Notes under the pieces: model-generated
The model's input: only the letters and a program-made list of their open reading frames with translations
Databases searched by the model: none
Told to the model about the DNA's origin: nothing
NCBI GenBank assembly: GCA_963833425.1
Contig: CAWHXP010000002.1
Location: 32,001 to 96,000, forward strand
Source of the DNA: an uncultured Methanosarcinaceae archaeon
Lineage (GTDB): Archaea; Halobacteriota; Methanosarcinia; Methanosarcinales; Methanosarcinaceae
DNA length: 64,000 bases
Direction of reading: 5' to 3'
In this document: one piece after another, positions 62,577 through 64,000 of the stretch
How positions within the stretch are numbered: position 1 is the stretch's first letter
Layout of the letters: every line of letters starts with the position of its first letter
Position numbers and translations under genes: made by a program

Positions 62577-63079
62577 CTCCGTTCACCTTAAGATATATCT
62601 TACCAGATATGTATTATCTACAACTTTTCAGCTGCTATTAGAACATTAAGTTACTAATATATTCCTAATACACAGGTATCCTATGTACTATCCAATATTT
62701 AATAAAGCTTTTTATAGGCCGTAATTAGATTGAAAATAAAGGAAGAACTGAAGAGATAGCAGTAAGCTTAAAAACATGAATTTTTCTAACCTCAAAATCA
62801 AATGTTTTAAATTGATCTGTACTTCGACAAAGATCGTCCACTATACTTGATTGATGTTTCATGGTATCCTCTTCAACACGACCTTTGCTTTCGTTATATG
62901 CTGCACAGCAGGCTGACCCAGCAACGCCAAAATATCGAAAAAAATGAGCTGTAAACTTATTTCGATCAGTTTGGAATAACATCAATAAATTAATGATGGA
63001 CCACCTAGACAAAGTGAATCTCAAAAAGAGAGTCTTTTTAAATTTTTCGGGTTCTTCCCCAATTTTAAAAGAACAAAGG

Positions 63080-63315
63080 GGTTCCGTTGCAAAGATTATG
63101 AGGGGAATTTGCTGAAATAAGTAGAAATTTAGGAGTATAAATTATGCCAGTAAATTCCTTTAAATGGAAACATTATGAAGGAGAAATGATCTTATTAAAC
63201 GTAAGATGGTACTTAAAATATGCATTAAGCTATAGAAATTTAAAGGAAATGATGGCAGAAAGGGGAATAAAAGTCGACCATACGACAATCATGAGATTGG
63301 TACATCAATATTTAT
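63080..63315 (+). mobile_element. truncated IS6 copy (left TIR plus 5' transposase)
   Basis: GGTTCCGTTGCAAA, then FKWKHYEGE...VDHTTIMR; similarity to the 32834 element ends near 63315. Confidence 0.85.
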
Positions 63316-63591
63316 TTAGCTGCCACACAGGCGCCTGTGAGTACGAGCCAACAAAGGTAGAAAGGAAAGACTACTGCGCTTTAGACTTTTTGGATTGTCC
63401 GCGCCTTCGCGTTAAACTGTTTAAAATGTACACTTTTTAGATAGTTTATGCACTCTATGGCATGCATTTTCCTACTTGTGACAGGCAAGAGACCAGAAGA
63501 GCTCAGGCATCCGCTCGAATCGGGGAGAAATCCAGGGTAAAAAAGCAGACTTTAGAAATATTCATAATGAATTGATAGGGGAGGTAATTTT

Positions 63592-64000
63592 ATAGATATA
63601 TCAGAATTCAAAAGGTTGCCAAGACATATTGCTATTATACCAGATGGAAACAGGAGATGGGCTCAAGCTAGAAGCTTAGAAAAACATGAAGGGTATGCTA
63701 ATGGAATAATTCCGGGATTAGAAGTATATGAAATATGCGTGAAACTTGGAATAGAAGAAGTTACTTTTTTTGGATTTACTCAAGATAACACAAAAAGGCC
63801 TCGAATTCAAAGAAAAGCGTTTATAGAAGCTTGTGTAAAATCAGTTATAGAAATTTCAAAACGTGATGCCGAAATACTGGTAGTAGGGAAAACTAATTCG
63901 GAAATATTTCCAAAAGAGTTACTTCCATACACAAAGAAAACTAAATTTGGAAAAGGTAAGATAAAGATCAATTTTTTGATAAATTATGGCTGGTATTGGG
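63592..64000 (+). CDS. cis-prenyltransferase (UppS family), runs off window; ATA at the expected start
   Basis: HIAIIPDGNRRWA, FGFTQDNTKRP, NYGW; GGAGGT RBS; absent from the ORF track. Confidence 0.85.
   Translation, partial: MDISEFKRLPRHIAIIPDGNRRWAQARSLEKHEGYANGIIPGLEVYEICVKLGIEEVTFFGFTQDNTKRPRIQRKAFIEACVKSVIEISKRDAEILVVGKTNSEIFPKELLPYTKKTKFGKGKIKINFLINYGWYW

Noticed and set aside
62725..63024. 99-aa minus-strand ORF next to the IS6 end
   Set aside because: No recognisable family; probably a fragment cut by the IS

Overview
AT-rich archaeal chromosomal segment, almost certainly Methanosarcina (pta-ackA, MC1, stand-alone nifB, artA-psd-pssA, Roco gene). The left half (1-27.4 kb) is mostly housekeeping: SPFH/nfeD, speB-aIF5A, PUA protein, bactofilin-like gene, argD-hisC, artA-psd-pssA-mptD, NUDIX-tfs-pcn-priL, aglB and pta-ackA. 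From tRNA-Thr(GGT) at 32.1 kb onward it is accessory and decaying: a broken LRR-Roc-COR gene, surface beta-propeller proteins, an esterase, Hsp20, ABC/MFS transporters, MC1, nifB and truncated SRAP-dinB. IS relics (IS200/605, IS66, IS110, IS5, IS630, IS6) and about 10 copies of a ~90-bp IS5-type MITE are scattered throughout. Essential genes (pcn, priL) carry single-base insertions, so part of the apparent pseudogene load is probably sequencing or consensus error. The most unusual structures are an IS6 copy flanked by two inverted paralogous gene halves cut at the same base, an IS605 relic that appears to supply the speB stop codon, and multiple lesions in ackA. I found no intact novel multi-gene system that I can support. 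All family calls are by motif recognition, not database search.
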